This document shows positions 18,636-26,347 of a DNA stretch of 50,006 bases, piece by piece. The translations under genes and the position numbers were made by a program. The stretch is from a virus. The stretch is taken from the IMG/VR virus record IMGVR_UViG_3300029813_000039, positions 1-50,006 of that record, one strand, 5' to 3'. Each line of letters opens with the position of its first letter. The stretch's first letter is position 1. The notes under the pieces are model-generated. The model was not told the origin of the DNA. It ran no database searches and saw only the letters and a list, made by a program, of their open reading frames with translations.

Positions 18636-20561
18636 CTATCCTCTAAAATCAAACTTCGATCTCCATCCTTTCGGCTTGATACGTTTCTGTTTCAATGCTG
18701 CTCTTCTTCCAGCAGCAGTTCTCATGTCACCACGAACTTCTGATGTCTCTTTTCTTGCTCTCATTTTATAATATTTATCTTCTATAGTTAACGCATCTGC
18801 CATCGTTCTATCGCCGTGAGTCTTTTTTGCAGAAAAACTTTCCTCTACTAAACATGCTGGACCTATTGACCCATCATCATTATAGATATAAGTCTTGGCT
18901 TCCTCAAGTGCTGGTATAGAATGATTGATATAACCACCATGAGCCAATGCTCTATCATACGCATTAAGTAACTCACCTTTAGATTTTGCATTATTGTGCC
19001 AACCATACTTTTTAGTTTTCTTATCCCTAATATTACCAACTTTAACATCCCTATAATAGTATGGATAATGAAACTGTTTAACAACTAATCTACCAAAATC
19101 AAAACCAGGATCACCGTTCATCTCCCATTTCAAAAACGGAAGTTTCTTTCTACCACCAACCCATAATGCAAGAGCCATTCCTACGCGAGCCATCTCATAT
19201 GGCGGCGTATTAGCATCAGCCCATTCAGCTACCTTTTCACCAGTCTGTCGACACTTAATTGATCCAACTGAGTTAGAGGCACTTTGTCCTTTAGATAAAT
19301 CAAAACCGATAACATAATCAAAATTCTGATCCAATCTACCATTTATTAGATTAACCCAAATCTTGAGTCTACCTTTAACTGCTCTCTTACATGTCACCTT
19401 CTTCAGATCCTTCTTTTTCAAAATCATTGGAATACTATCATTAGCTACTCCCTTTGCCAGATCTACATCCCATTGTGTCTTAGGTGGACGACCGAATATC
19501 GCTATGTGTTTCTCAATATTAGTAACAGTGAAAAATGTTGAACCAGCTTCGAGATCATTAGCATCAATTTCTCTTGCCATTTCCTGTGGCGATCTGACTT
19601 CTGATTCTGCATCGTACCAGGGTGATCTTATTTTATAAGCATTCGTTACTGAATCTTGAACTACGTGACGGTTAAGGCCTTTTTGGGGATGATCATACCA
19701 CATCAACGGAAACACAACTATAGTTCCATCATTCTTCCATTTACTATACTCGGTACCCGGACCACTTACAGTACTATTGACTATACGCATCAGTGCTGCA
19801 TCTCGTGTTGCAGAACGCATTAGTCGTCCGTGTTTAACCTTAGCAAATTCATCGAGCAAAACCACGAGTCGTCTGTCACCTGATGCGGCATGTTCAGTCG
19901 TTGACTCACCATCAATACAAGCATTATTTAGCACATTGAACATGTGCATCTTTGTTCTGTATTTTTGCCCGATACCAACCATTGGCGGTTTCATCCATTC
20001 TGGAAGCCACGCATTGATAAGATCATGTTTCTGGAAAAGGGCTTTAAGATTCCCATTCTGATCTACGTATGGCTCAGTACGTGACAATTCAAGCAATTGC
20101 GAATCAGGTCTAAACAACCACAACCAGTGCATAAAAATTGTGCACATCCAAGATGCTCCCATGTCACGACTCTTATTTATAAGTATATCTTTTGCTTCCC
20201 TAAGATGTCGAATTAATGTCTCGAACAAAATATCTTGGACCTGCCAACTTATAAAAGGATGATAAGCCTCTTTTGACTCGAACCGCTCGCCAGTTTCACC
20301 CTTCACATCAAATTGATGAAACGTAAAAACGAAAGAATTAAGCCAGAATAAAAGACTTTCCTTACTTGCTGTCATCAAATCTTGTTGAAATCCTTTATCA
20401 TACTCAGCATCTTTTAGAATCTGAGATCGATACTCAAGATTGGCTACCTTTCTTTTTGGAACCATCAAACCAGTCTTCGGGCAAGACCAGAACTCAGGTA
20501 CATCCGGAAAAGGTTCACTCAAGGTCGGTTTTAATTTTTCTTCAACTTCTGTTATCATCAA
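18636..20561 (-). CDS. terL: Terminase large subunit
   Basis: 641 aa. Walker-B-like RRLVVLLDEFAK. ATPase N-terminal half and nuclease-type C-terminal half. Directly upstream of the portal. Confidence 0.8.
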   Translation of the reverse strand: MMITEVEEKLKPTLSEPFPDVPEFWSCPKTGLMVPKRKVANLEYRSQILKDAEYDKGFQQDLMTASKESLLFWLNSFVFTFHQFDVKGETGERFESKEAYHPFISWQVQDILFETLIRHLREAKDILINKSRDMGASWMCTIFMHWLWLFRPDSQLLELSRTEPYVDQNGNLKALFQKHDLINAWLPEWMKPPMVGIGQKYRTKMHMFNVLNNACIDGESTTEHAASGDRRLVVLLDEFAKVKHGRLMRSATRDAALMRIVNSTVSGPGTEYSKWKNDGTIVVFPLMWYDHPQKGLNRHVVQDSVTNAYKIRSPWYDAESEVRSPQEMAREIDANDLEAGSTFFTVTNIEKHIAIFGRPPKTQWDVDLAKGVANDSIPMILKKKDLKKVTCKRAVKGRLKIWVNLINGRLDQNFDYVIGFDLSKGQSASNSVGSIKCRQTGEKVAEWADANTPPYEMARVGMALALWVGGRKKLPFLKWEMNGDPGFDFGRLVVKQFHYPYYYRDVKVGNIRDKKTKKYGWHNNAKSKGELLNAYDRALAHGGYINHSIPALEEAKTYIYNDDGSIGPACLVEESFSAKKTHGDRTMADALTIEDKYYKMRARKETSEVRGDMRTAAGRRAALKQKRIKPKGWRSKFDFRG

Positions 20562-20977
20562 TTCCCTTTGGAACTTTGCTTCGCAATCTGATTTACTCTT
20601 TTAGCACCAAGGCCGGAGACTTTATCAGCAAGTGATGCTTTATCACTTCCGCCTTTAGCATCCATCATTGCTACTCTTCCTTCAAGTCGATCATAAATTA
20701 AACCAATATAAGTTTTATCAGGTTTGTGGATAACCGGCTTAATACCTACTTTCACTCCATTTTTATATATAGTCTCTTCCTCAAAATAACCCAAAGCCGC
20801 CTTCCAAATCCATCTTGCGAGGGCTTCAGCTTTAGTCACCATCATAGCATCTTCACCCTTAGCCCGTATCACAGGATCATCATGCACTTCACTGGCGATC
20901 TCTCGGATAAACTTCGAGAGTAGTTTACCGGCTACTACCTTCTTACCGTGCTCGCTTTTTTCCGTGCCGTTTGACAT
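20558..20977 (-). CDS. Putative terminase small subunit / DNA-binding protein
   Basis: 139-aa ORF overlapping the terL start (ATGA-type coupling). Called on position only, plus a weak resemblance (TKAEALARWIWKAALG...IYDRLEGR) to small-terminase-like families. Confidence 0.4.
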   Translation of the reverse strand: MSNGTEKSEHGKKVVAGKLLSKFIREIASEVHDDPVIRAKGEDAMMVTKAEALARWIWKAALGYFEEETIYKNGVKVGIKPVIHKPDKTYIGLIYDRLEGRVAMMDAKGGSDKASLADKVSGLGAKRVNQIAKQSSKGN

Positions 20978-21125
20978 AATTGCTAACGTCTTTCTTCCTG
21001 ATTTTATGTGTTCCAGTTATAGTACCCTTTTGTTGGCTTGCATAGAATACCTGTTCACCCTTTTTGGTACCATACTGTTTTACCATTGCAGTTTTTATCT
21101 TCTTACCTTTTTCAGTTAGGGGCAT
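20943..21125 (-). CDS. Small basic conserved phage protein
   Basis: 60 aa. KGKKIKTAMVKQYGTKKGEQVFYASQQKGTITG resembles a small family I recall from other phages. Confidence 0.45.
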   Translation of the reverse strand: MPLTEKGKKIKTAMVKQYGTKKGEQVFYASQQKGTITGTHKIRKKDVSNYVKRHGKKRAR

Positions 21126-21849
21126 CTCTCAATCCTATCTCGGCCAATGCTTTCTGCATGGCGAATTTTATTAGTTTGGCGGGTGTTACCATACTGAAAT
21201 TATCGCCTTCTAATGATTTACCTATTAATATACCGACAACTTCACCATCCATATCAATTACTGGACCACCAGAATTGCCATACCAAGCAGCCGCATCAGT
21301 ATGTATAATTAACTTAGCACCAAAATATGGTTCATTCCGATTAGATAGTGACATTATTCCTTTAGTCAGAGTAATACCATTATTCAATCCATGAGGATAA
21401 CCAAGAATTGCGAGATCCTCACCGATTTCAACTTCAGTATCGAACTCTAAATAAGGACGATTCTTACGATGCTCACTTCGCAATTGAATAAATCCAATAT
21501 CGCAACGATTCATATTTTCCATATGTACAAAGTCAGCTTTCGCTCGTGTACCATCCTGAAACATCACCTCGAATGATTTAGTATTTTTAGTAACATGCCC
21601 GGCTGTCGCTATTAAATTAGGGGTTACGAAAAATCCAGTCCCTTGCCACTTTACATCATGTCCAGTAAATCGGCGAATATAATACATATCATCCTCATCA
21701 TATTCGGCACCGATCCATACTACAGCAGAACTAACATCCCTGTAAAGTTTCGGCAAACTAACTGGTTTCCTGTGTAAGAAACTTAGCGAAATCAAAGAAC
21801 TAAAAAGCCATAGTACTATTCCTATCCGTAAAGCTGTTCGCTTCATCAC
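21112..21849 (-). CDS. Exported trypsin-like (S1/HtrA-type) serine protease
   Basis: N-terminal signal/anchor MMKRTALRIGIVLWLFSSLISLSFL. Catalytic triad context TAGHV (His), CDIGFIQL (Asp), GNSGGPVID (Ser). Confidence 0.75.
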   Translation of the reverse strand: MMKRTALRIGIVLWLFSSLISLSFLHRKPVSLPKLYRDVSSAVVWIGAEYDEDDMYYIRRFTGHDVKWQGTGFFVTPNLIATAGHVTKNTKSFEVMFQDGTRAKADFVHMENMNRCDIGFIQLRSEHRKNRPYLEFDTEVEIGEDLAILGYPHGLNNGITLTKGIMSLSNRNEPYFGAKLIIHTDAAAWYGNSGGPVIDMDGEVVGILIGKSLEGDNFSMVTPAKLIKFAMQKALAEIGLRDAPN

Positions 21850-21855
21850 ATCTCC

Positions 21856-22194
21856 TTATTCGAGTTCTACTAAATAACCTATTCCATTAATTGCATTTGT
21901 CGCATAATGTAAAGTAGTACCACCGCCAACAGGAATAGTTATTATAATCTCTCCATAAAGCGGACAAACCCAACGCACATCGGCAGCAGTGGTAACAGCA
22001 GCAAGACCAAAGTAAAAACCTCCTACTTCCAAACTGGTAAACCTATATGTCTTTCCAGCTACAACAGTAGCAGAAGTATCAGTATTCGCCGCGGCATTAG
22101 TAAGTCTTAATGCCGTCTGTGTAGTTTTTGGATGTGCACAACCAGGTGTCGGTGCTGATCTATGTCCGGCATTATCACTAAGAAATGTATCCAT
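21856..22194 (-). CDS. Hypothetical protein
   Basis: Start ATG 22194 with AGGAGAAATA SD (the track ORF extends to 22284 without SD). 112 aa, beta-rich. Confidence 0.5.
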   Translation of the reverse strand: MDTFLSDNAGHRSAPTPGCAHPKTTQTALRLTNAAANTDTSATVVAGKTYRFTSLEVGGFYFGLAAVTTAADVRWVCPLYGEIIITIPVGGGTTLHYATNAINGIGYLVELE

Positions 22195-22253
22195 TATTTC
22201 TCCTCTACTGTATTTTCTGTTATATTCTAAAAGCCTGATTCCAGGCCAATCGT

Positions 22254-22502
22254 TCATTCTATTTTTCGTATTTTTATAATACAACCTCGCGGAATAATAG
22301 TTAAATCCCGGTCTGGTTTAGATTCATCAGGTTGAATAGTACAACTAAGCCGCAATACACATTTATCCTGATTAAGAAAATATCCCACTGATTTACATCG
22401 ACAAGGTAACTCTTTTTTCGCTTTATTTTGTGGAATCCATTGAGGGTGGGTGACAATATCATTCCACTCAACTTCAATAATCTGATTCAACTTGAGTTTC
22501 AC
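22254..22502 (-). CDS. Hypothetical protein (GTG start)
   Basis: GTG 22502 with AGGAG SD, GTGA overlap with the upstream stop. 82 aa. Confidence 0.5.
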   Translation of the reverse strand: MKLKLNQIIEVEWNDIVTHPQWIPQNKAKKELPCRCKSVGYFLNQDKCVLRLSCTIQPDESKPDRDLTIIPRGCIIKIRKIE

Positions 22503-22666
22503 TCCTGTTCTCCGAGTCGAAACTGTTTCTTACACTTAGAATTATTGCATCGCACTATATCACCTACATCACCCACAAACATATAAGTATCGATCACATA
22601 ACAATAAGGACACGTACACTCAATGTAACTTATTTCGCCCCAATCATGACAGATCTCAAGTGTCAT
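22499..22666 (-). CDS. Small zinc-ribbon protein (55 aa, below ORF-track cutoff)
   Basis: Hand translation MTLEICHDWGEISYIECTCPYCYV...VRCNNSKCKKQF. ATGA overlap upstream and GTGA overlap downstream. GGAG SD. Confidence 0.55.
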   Translation of the reverse strand: MTLEICHDWGEISYIECTCPYCYVIDTYMFVGDVGDIVRCNNSKCKKQFRLGEQE

Positions 22667-22896
22667 CTCCGTTCCCTCAATGCAGCATCAATCCGAGCCT
22701 GTTCCAGCCAGCCAGTTGTAACTTGTCGTTTCCGTTGGACCATATGATCGAGGATCTGCTTGTTGGTTGCCGGGTCTATAGCATCCATGACTTGTTTAAT
22801 GAACGTTTCACGAGGCATATTCTGTTGTTCTGGAGTCATATTGTCATATACGACTGCTATTTGTTGAGGGGTCATGCGCTTCTCCAGGGTAAGCAT
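22663..22896 (-). CDS. First gene of the minus-strand arm, hypothetical
   Basis: 77-aa ORF next to the divergent control region. Confidence 0.5.
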   Translation of the reverse strand: MLTLEKRMTPQQIAVVYDNMTPEQQNMPRETFIKQVMDAIDPATNKQILDHMVQRKRQVTTGWLEQARIDAALRERR

Positions 22897-23206
22897 GACC
22901 CAGATGGTCTTACATAGTGTGCAATTTTAAGACCTCTGGGCTGCTTTTCACCATAAGATAAAACATCTCCTTCTATATTACCGTGAGATTAGCCTTAATT
23001 ACAACTTTTTCGCAGATAAATATTATATTTTTATTATATTCTCCTTAAGAAAGGTCTCACTATTGTTAAGTGATTATCTAACAAGGAAAATGGGGTGGAG
23101 ATCTGCTCTGAGAAGGGGAGGTAGGGACTCCACACACAGTCCGATAAGGGTCGGTACGGGGGGTTCAGTCCGATAAAAGAATTTTCGCCGATTGACCAGA
23201 TTATCC

Positions 23207-23235
23207 TTGCACTATGGTCGATAGTGTGCTATACT
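23207..23235 (+). promoter_or_regulatory. Sigma70-type promoter (TTGCAC-17-TATACT)
   Basis: -35 at 23207-23212, 17-nt spacer, -10 at 23230-23235. Shares the upstream atccTTG context with three other promoters. Confidence 0.6.
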
Positions 23236-23241
23236 TTAGGT

Positions 23242-23379
23242 ATGATTAAGACACTAACATACAAAGAGTTTAACCTTGAGCTAACAACTGGTAAACGCAA
23301 ACCATCAGCCAAAGCCAAATCGTTATCACTTATAGACCAATACTATTATTACCTGATTAGTACAAGAAAACAAAAATGA
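23242..23379 (+). CDS. Small ORF (45 aa), possibly translated from a leaderless mRNA
   Basis: ATG 23242 lies 6 nt after the -10 hexamer with no SD. Hand translation MIKTLTYKEFNLELTTGKRKPSAKAKSLSLIDQYYYYLISTRKQK. An ATGA-coupled 25-codon hydrophobic ORF follows (23376-23453). Confidence 0.35.
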   Translation: MIKTLTYKEFNLELTTGKRKPSAKAKSLSLIDQYYYYLISTRKQK

Positions 23380-23464
23380 ACAGACTATTCAACAACATCC
23401 CGACAGGCCAAATGCTATTACTCATAGTCTTAGCGTATGCCTGTCTTATGTAGGAGGATTGATT

Positions 23465-23647
23465 ATGACCAGACCAGCAAACTTGGCCGGTGCAAGTCCG
23501 GCCACTGGTTTTATGAAATCAATGAAACGTAACAGACTACGCAAGTTAGTATCGTGGGGCTATATCACGCAAGTACAAGCTAATCAGTTGTGGCGTGAGT
23601 ATCTGCGGTTGTTCAAACAGATTACTAATCAGGAGAAAATAAAATGA
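23465..23647 (+). CDS. Small basic protein
   Basis: ATG 23465 with AGGAGG SD 7 nt upstream. 60 aa. Confidence 0.55.
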   Translation: MTRPANLAGASPATGFMKSMKRNRLRKLVSWGYITQVQANQLWREYLRLFKQITNQEKIK

Positions 23648-23766
23648 AAGCACCAGAATCAGACCAGAAAAATCAACAGCGATGTAACAAGTGTGGCCGA
23701 ATAGTCGGTTGTGATTATCGTGGTCAAAAACATAAATGCAGTTATTGTAATCAGAAGAAAAAATAG
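23644..23766 (+). CDS. Small zinc-ribbon protein (40 aa)
   Basis: ATGA-coupled. CNKCG...CSYC motif. Followed by a terminator. Confidence 0.5.
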   Translation: MKAPESDQKNQQRCNKCGRIVGCDYRGQKHKCSYCNQKKK

Positions 23767-23787
23767 AGATAACCACACCACATCACA

Positions 23788-23820
23788 AGCCCGATGGTCA
23801 AGCTGTCGGGCTTTTATTTT
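23788..23820 (+). terminator. Intrinsic terminator of the first early transcription unit
   Basis: AGCCCGA-11 nt loop-TCGGGCT followed by TTTTATTTT. Confidence 0.7.
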
Positions 23821-23922
23821 ATCTAAGTTGGGCCGGTGAAAGTGTTTTTCTTAGAACCAGTAGATATTCTTATACTATTATAAGCAAAACGAATGAAACA
23901 CTTGTAAAACTTATCGGACGAT

Positions 23923-24314
23923 GTCTACCTCAATACTGTATTATCAGGCCAGAAACATAGTCGGTCTATACACGGTCTACCTCAATATTTTCGATAAATA
24001 CTTACAGCATAACGAATTACGCTTTTTCGGTCTATGTAGGGCAGTGTGAACTATCTATATACACTTTTTACACTATATCTTCTTGACATATTATACCCTT
24101 TTAGTGGTACTCTATACCTCTTTTCTATTTTTAGCTAAGTATAGTTATAAAGAGTATATAGACCATAAAGATAATAAATAACTATAATACTATATCCATA
24201 AACAATTTATATGTCGTCTATAGACAGATATTGACATAGACTTACATAGACGGATATACTCTAACAAACCAAAATCACAAATTAGCCGCCTACCTCAACC
24301 TGATTATCATAGAC
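23923..24314. repeat. Iteron-like repeat cluster in the largest non-coding region (candidate origin/operator array)
   Basis: ATAGAC at 24158, 24220, 24236, 24246 and 24309. GTCTAT at 23964, 24030 and 24216. GTCTACCTCAATA at 23923 and 23975. TCGGTCTAT at 23961 and 24027. AT-rich core. Confidence 0.6.
24231..24260 (+). promoter_or_regulatory. Sigma70-type promoter (TTGACA-18-TATACT) with two CATAGAC repeats in its spacer
   Basis: -35 at 24231-24236, -10 at 24255-24260. Spacer tagacttacatagacgga contains the repeat twice. Confidence 0.5.
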
Positions 24315-24435
24315 GCAAATGCAAGGTAGTTTAGTACCCCTGGTCTTGACATCACCCATCACAGAGCAAACTGAAGAACCGTTTTTCGACCGATAACCTA
24401 ATTTCCAGTATATTCGATGTCTTGCAGGTTTTCCC

Positions 24436-24464
24436 TTGACATCCCAGGCCGAATATGATATACT
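24436..24464 (+). promoter_or_regulatory. Sigma70-type promoter (TTGACA-17-TATACT)
   Basis: -35 at 24436-24441, -10 at 24459-24464. 29 nt upstream of ATG 24494. Confidence 0.7.
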
Positions 24465-24493
24465 AAAGAGAAAACATTATTGGGGAACAAAAA

Positions 24494-24742
24494 ATGAAAA
24501 TCACAGGATACTATAACGAGCAAGGTTATCAAATAGAGACAGACAATCCGATGGACGCTATCCTTTACAGGGCCGGAAATCATGCCCTTGATAGTCAACA
24601 AGACGGGGACGGAACAGGAATAGAACACCAATTACTACTTGAAACTATCCGACAATATTGCGAACAAACAGGGCAGGAAATTGCAGTTGACAAAAACGCA
24701 CAGTTTATCGGCGTAAAATATTTACCACCAGACGAAATTTAA
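24494..24742 (+). CDS. Early hypothetical protein
   Basis: 82-aa ORF directly downstream of a consensus promoter. Confidence 0.55.
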   Translation: MKITGYYNEQGYQIETDNPMDAILYRAGNHALDSQQDGDGTGIEHQLLLETIRQYCEQTGQEIAVDKNAQFIGVKYLPPDEI

Positions 24743-24745
24743 TCC

Positions 24746-24774
24746 TTGACATTCCATCTCGATTATGGTACAAT
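24746..24774 (+). promoter_or_regulatory. Sigma70-type promoter (TTGACA-17-TACAAT)
   Basis: -35 at 24746-24751, -10 at 24769-24774. aatccTTGACA context. Confidence 0.7.
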
Positions 24775-24817
24775 ACTAATATAGCTAATAGTGGCTGATT
24801 GAAAATGAGGATATGAT

Positions 24818-24991
24818 ATGGTGCCGGAAAAAGACTCAACAGATAAAAGGTATTGGATTAACGATAATCCTATTGAAAAACCGTTTGGTAAAGATACGTG
24901 TGGGATTGTTGATGAAATTGCTGGCGGGATTGTTATTTATGTTTGTCAATTAGGATTAGCTTATAATTTACTTCAGTTATTGGAGAATTGA
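24818..24991 (+). CDS. Early small ORF (57 aa)
   Basis: ATG 24818 with GAGGA SD 6 nt upstream. Hand translation MVPEKDSTDKRYWINDNPIEKPFGKDTCGIVDEIAGGIVIYVCQLGLAYNLLQLLEN. Confidence 0.5.
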   Translation: MVPEKDSTDKRYWINDNPIEKPFGKDTCGIVDEIAGGIVIYVCQLGLAYNLLQLLEN

Positions 24992-24994
24992 AAA

Positions 24995-25156
24995 TGAACG
25001 AATATGAATGCACTTGTGGGTACATCTGGTTAGACAACTACAATCACGGCTGTCCGATGTGCGGTGAACGGGACGATGTTATTCGGCGTGATTACGTTAT
25101 TAAACAACCGAATGAGTTTGGTAGTAAATACAATTGGAGGGCAGTAAAATGCTAAG
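24995..25156 (+). CDS. Early small zinc-ribbon protein (53 aa)
   Basis: MNEYECTCGYIWLDNYNHGCPMCGE... (CxC...CxxC). Starts 3 nt after the previous stop. Confidence 0.5.
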
Positions 25157-25346
25157 CAAGAAAGACTACAGAACAATCGCGGAGATTATGAAATCAGAAT
25201 ATATACGATATGATGGTACTGGTGAAGATGATGGAGAAGGGAAAAATACTGTAAGTTGTATTGTCAGAAAATTATCCGATTATTTCACAATAGACAATCC
25301 ACGTTTCGACCGCAACCGATTTATGCAAGCTTGCGGGTTGGACTAA
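25149..25346 (+). CDS. Early small conserved protein
   Basis: ATG 25149 with GGAGGG SD. C-terminal DNPRFDRNRFMQACG resembles a small phage family (from memory). Confidence 0.55.
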   Translation: MLSKKDYRTIAEIMKSEYIRYDGTGEDDGEGKNTVSCIVRKLSDYFTIDNPRFDRNRFMQACGLD

Positions 25347-25383
25347 TTGTCCTGATAAGCAGGGCGGGAAAGGTAGGTAATAA

Positions 25384-25581
25384 ATGGACAACTACACAGC
25401 AGTATCAATAGCAGAAGGTTTTTGTGAAGGCGAAAATGCGACTAAAGAACAGCAAATAGAAGCCTGGCAACACTTAATCGACACTGGCCTGGCCTGGACA
25501 CTACAAGGCTGGTTCGGTCGTCAAGCACAGAGTTTAATCGAGCAGGGCGTGTGTTCTGCTCCAATAGGAAAGGTGGTGTGA
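25384..25581 (+). CDS. Early small conserved protein
   Basis: 65 aa, AGGTAGG SD. AWQHLIDTGLAWTLQGWFGRQA motif recalled from other phage ORFs. Confidence 0.55.
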   Translation: MDNYTAVSIAEGFCEGENATKEQQIEAWQHLIDTGLAWTLQGWFGRQAQSLIEQGVCSAPIGKVV

Positions 25582-25583
25582 AT

Positions 25584-25844
25584 ATGAGTAAAGAATATTG
25601 GATAGACGCAGATGGTTATCTTGTTTATGGAATACGAGAAAAAGATGAATGGGAATCAGTTGCCGAAATACCACAGCATCATGTTGAACCGCTTAGTAAA
25701 ATTATAGCTACCGTACCTGATTTACTGGCTGCGTGTGAATATTATAAAAACGAATGTAGTGGTGCAGAACCTTCGCTTAGTGTATTTGAACGTATGTTAG
25801 AGCGTATGTTAGAAAAGCTACTAAAAAAGCAAAATAATCCTTGA
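25584..25844 (+). CDS. Early hypothetical protein
   Basis: ATG 25584 with AAGGTGG SD. Contains a 12-nt tandem duplication (25791-25814) encoding ERMLERMLEK. Confidence 0.55.
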   Translation: MSKEYWIDADGYLVYGIREKDEWESVAEIPQHHVEPLSKIIATVPDLLAACEYYKNECSGAEPSLSVFERMLERMLEKLLKKQNNP

Positions 25845-25869
25845 CCCACCAAGCAGGATATGATATAAT
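25841..25869 (+). promoter_or_regulatory. Sigma70-type promoter (TTGACC-17-TATAAT)
   Basis: -35 at 25841-25846 (overlaps the TGA of the upstream gene), -10 at 25864-25869. aatccTTGAC context. Confidence 0.7.
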
Positions 25870-25876
25870 TGTAATT

Positions 25877-26026
25877 ATGAAAAAGATACAACAGACTATA
25901 CTTACAATCGAGGACATCACCGAACACCATGACTTTCTGCTTAAACTACATTTGGGTAAGCAGGAAACTGATGATATGTTAGTACGATTTACTCGAACAT
26001 TTTTGGAAAGTGAGGTAATAAAATGA
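25877..26026 (+). CDS. Early small ORF (49 aa), candidate leaderless mRNA
   Basis: ATG 25877 is 7 nt after the TATAAT hexamer with no SD. The upstream in-frame extension in the track starts inside the -35 box. Confidence 0.5.
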   Translation: MKKIQQTILTIEDITEHHDFLLKLHLGKQETDDMLVRFTRTFLESEVIK

Positions 26027-26292
26027 AACTTTATCGCGTATGTACAGAAAATAAAAACTACCCAGACATCTTGAATTACCTGGACGAACATTTTTCAGAT
26101 GGTTACACGATTATCAATACAAATGGAACATGGCAAGGTGTCCGTGAGAAGTCATTGGTGATTGAGATTATAGGTGAAGACGACCCGACTGAACCTGCTC
26201 TTGAGCTTTTTGCTTATTGGTTGGAAAAGCACAATAAACAAAAAGCAATTTTAATACAAGTTATCCATTTGATTGAAGATTGGGAATTGTAA
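26023..26292 (+). CDS. Early hypothetical protein
   Basis: 89-aa ORF, ATGA-coupled. Confidence 0.55.
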   Translation: MKLYRVCTENKNYPDILNYLDEHFSDGYTIINTNGTWQGVREKSLVIEIIGEDDPTEPALELFAYWLEKHNKQKAILIQVIHLIEDWEL

Positions 26293-26347
26293 TTTCCTTC
26301 TGCTCTTTAATGTATAGCACGGCACGGCTGTATGGTCGTGTCGAACT

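Noticed and set aside
23091-23163. G-quadruplex in the G-rich part of the divergent region
   Set aside because: The G-runs are separated by loops of about 19-21 nt, so a canonical G3+N1-7 quadruplex is not formed. I noted it only as a composition feature.
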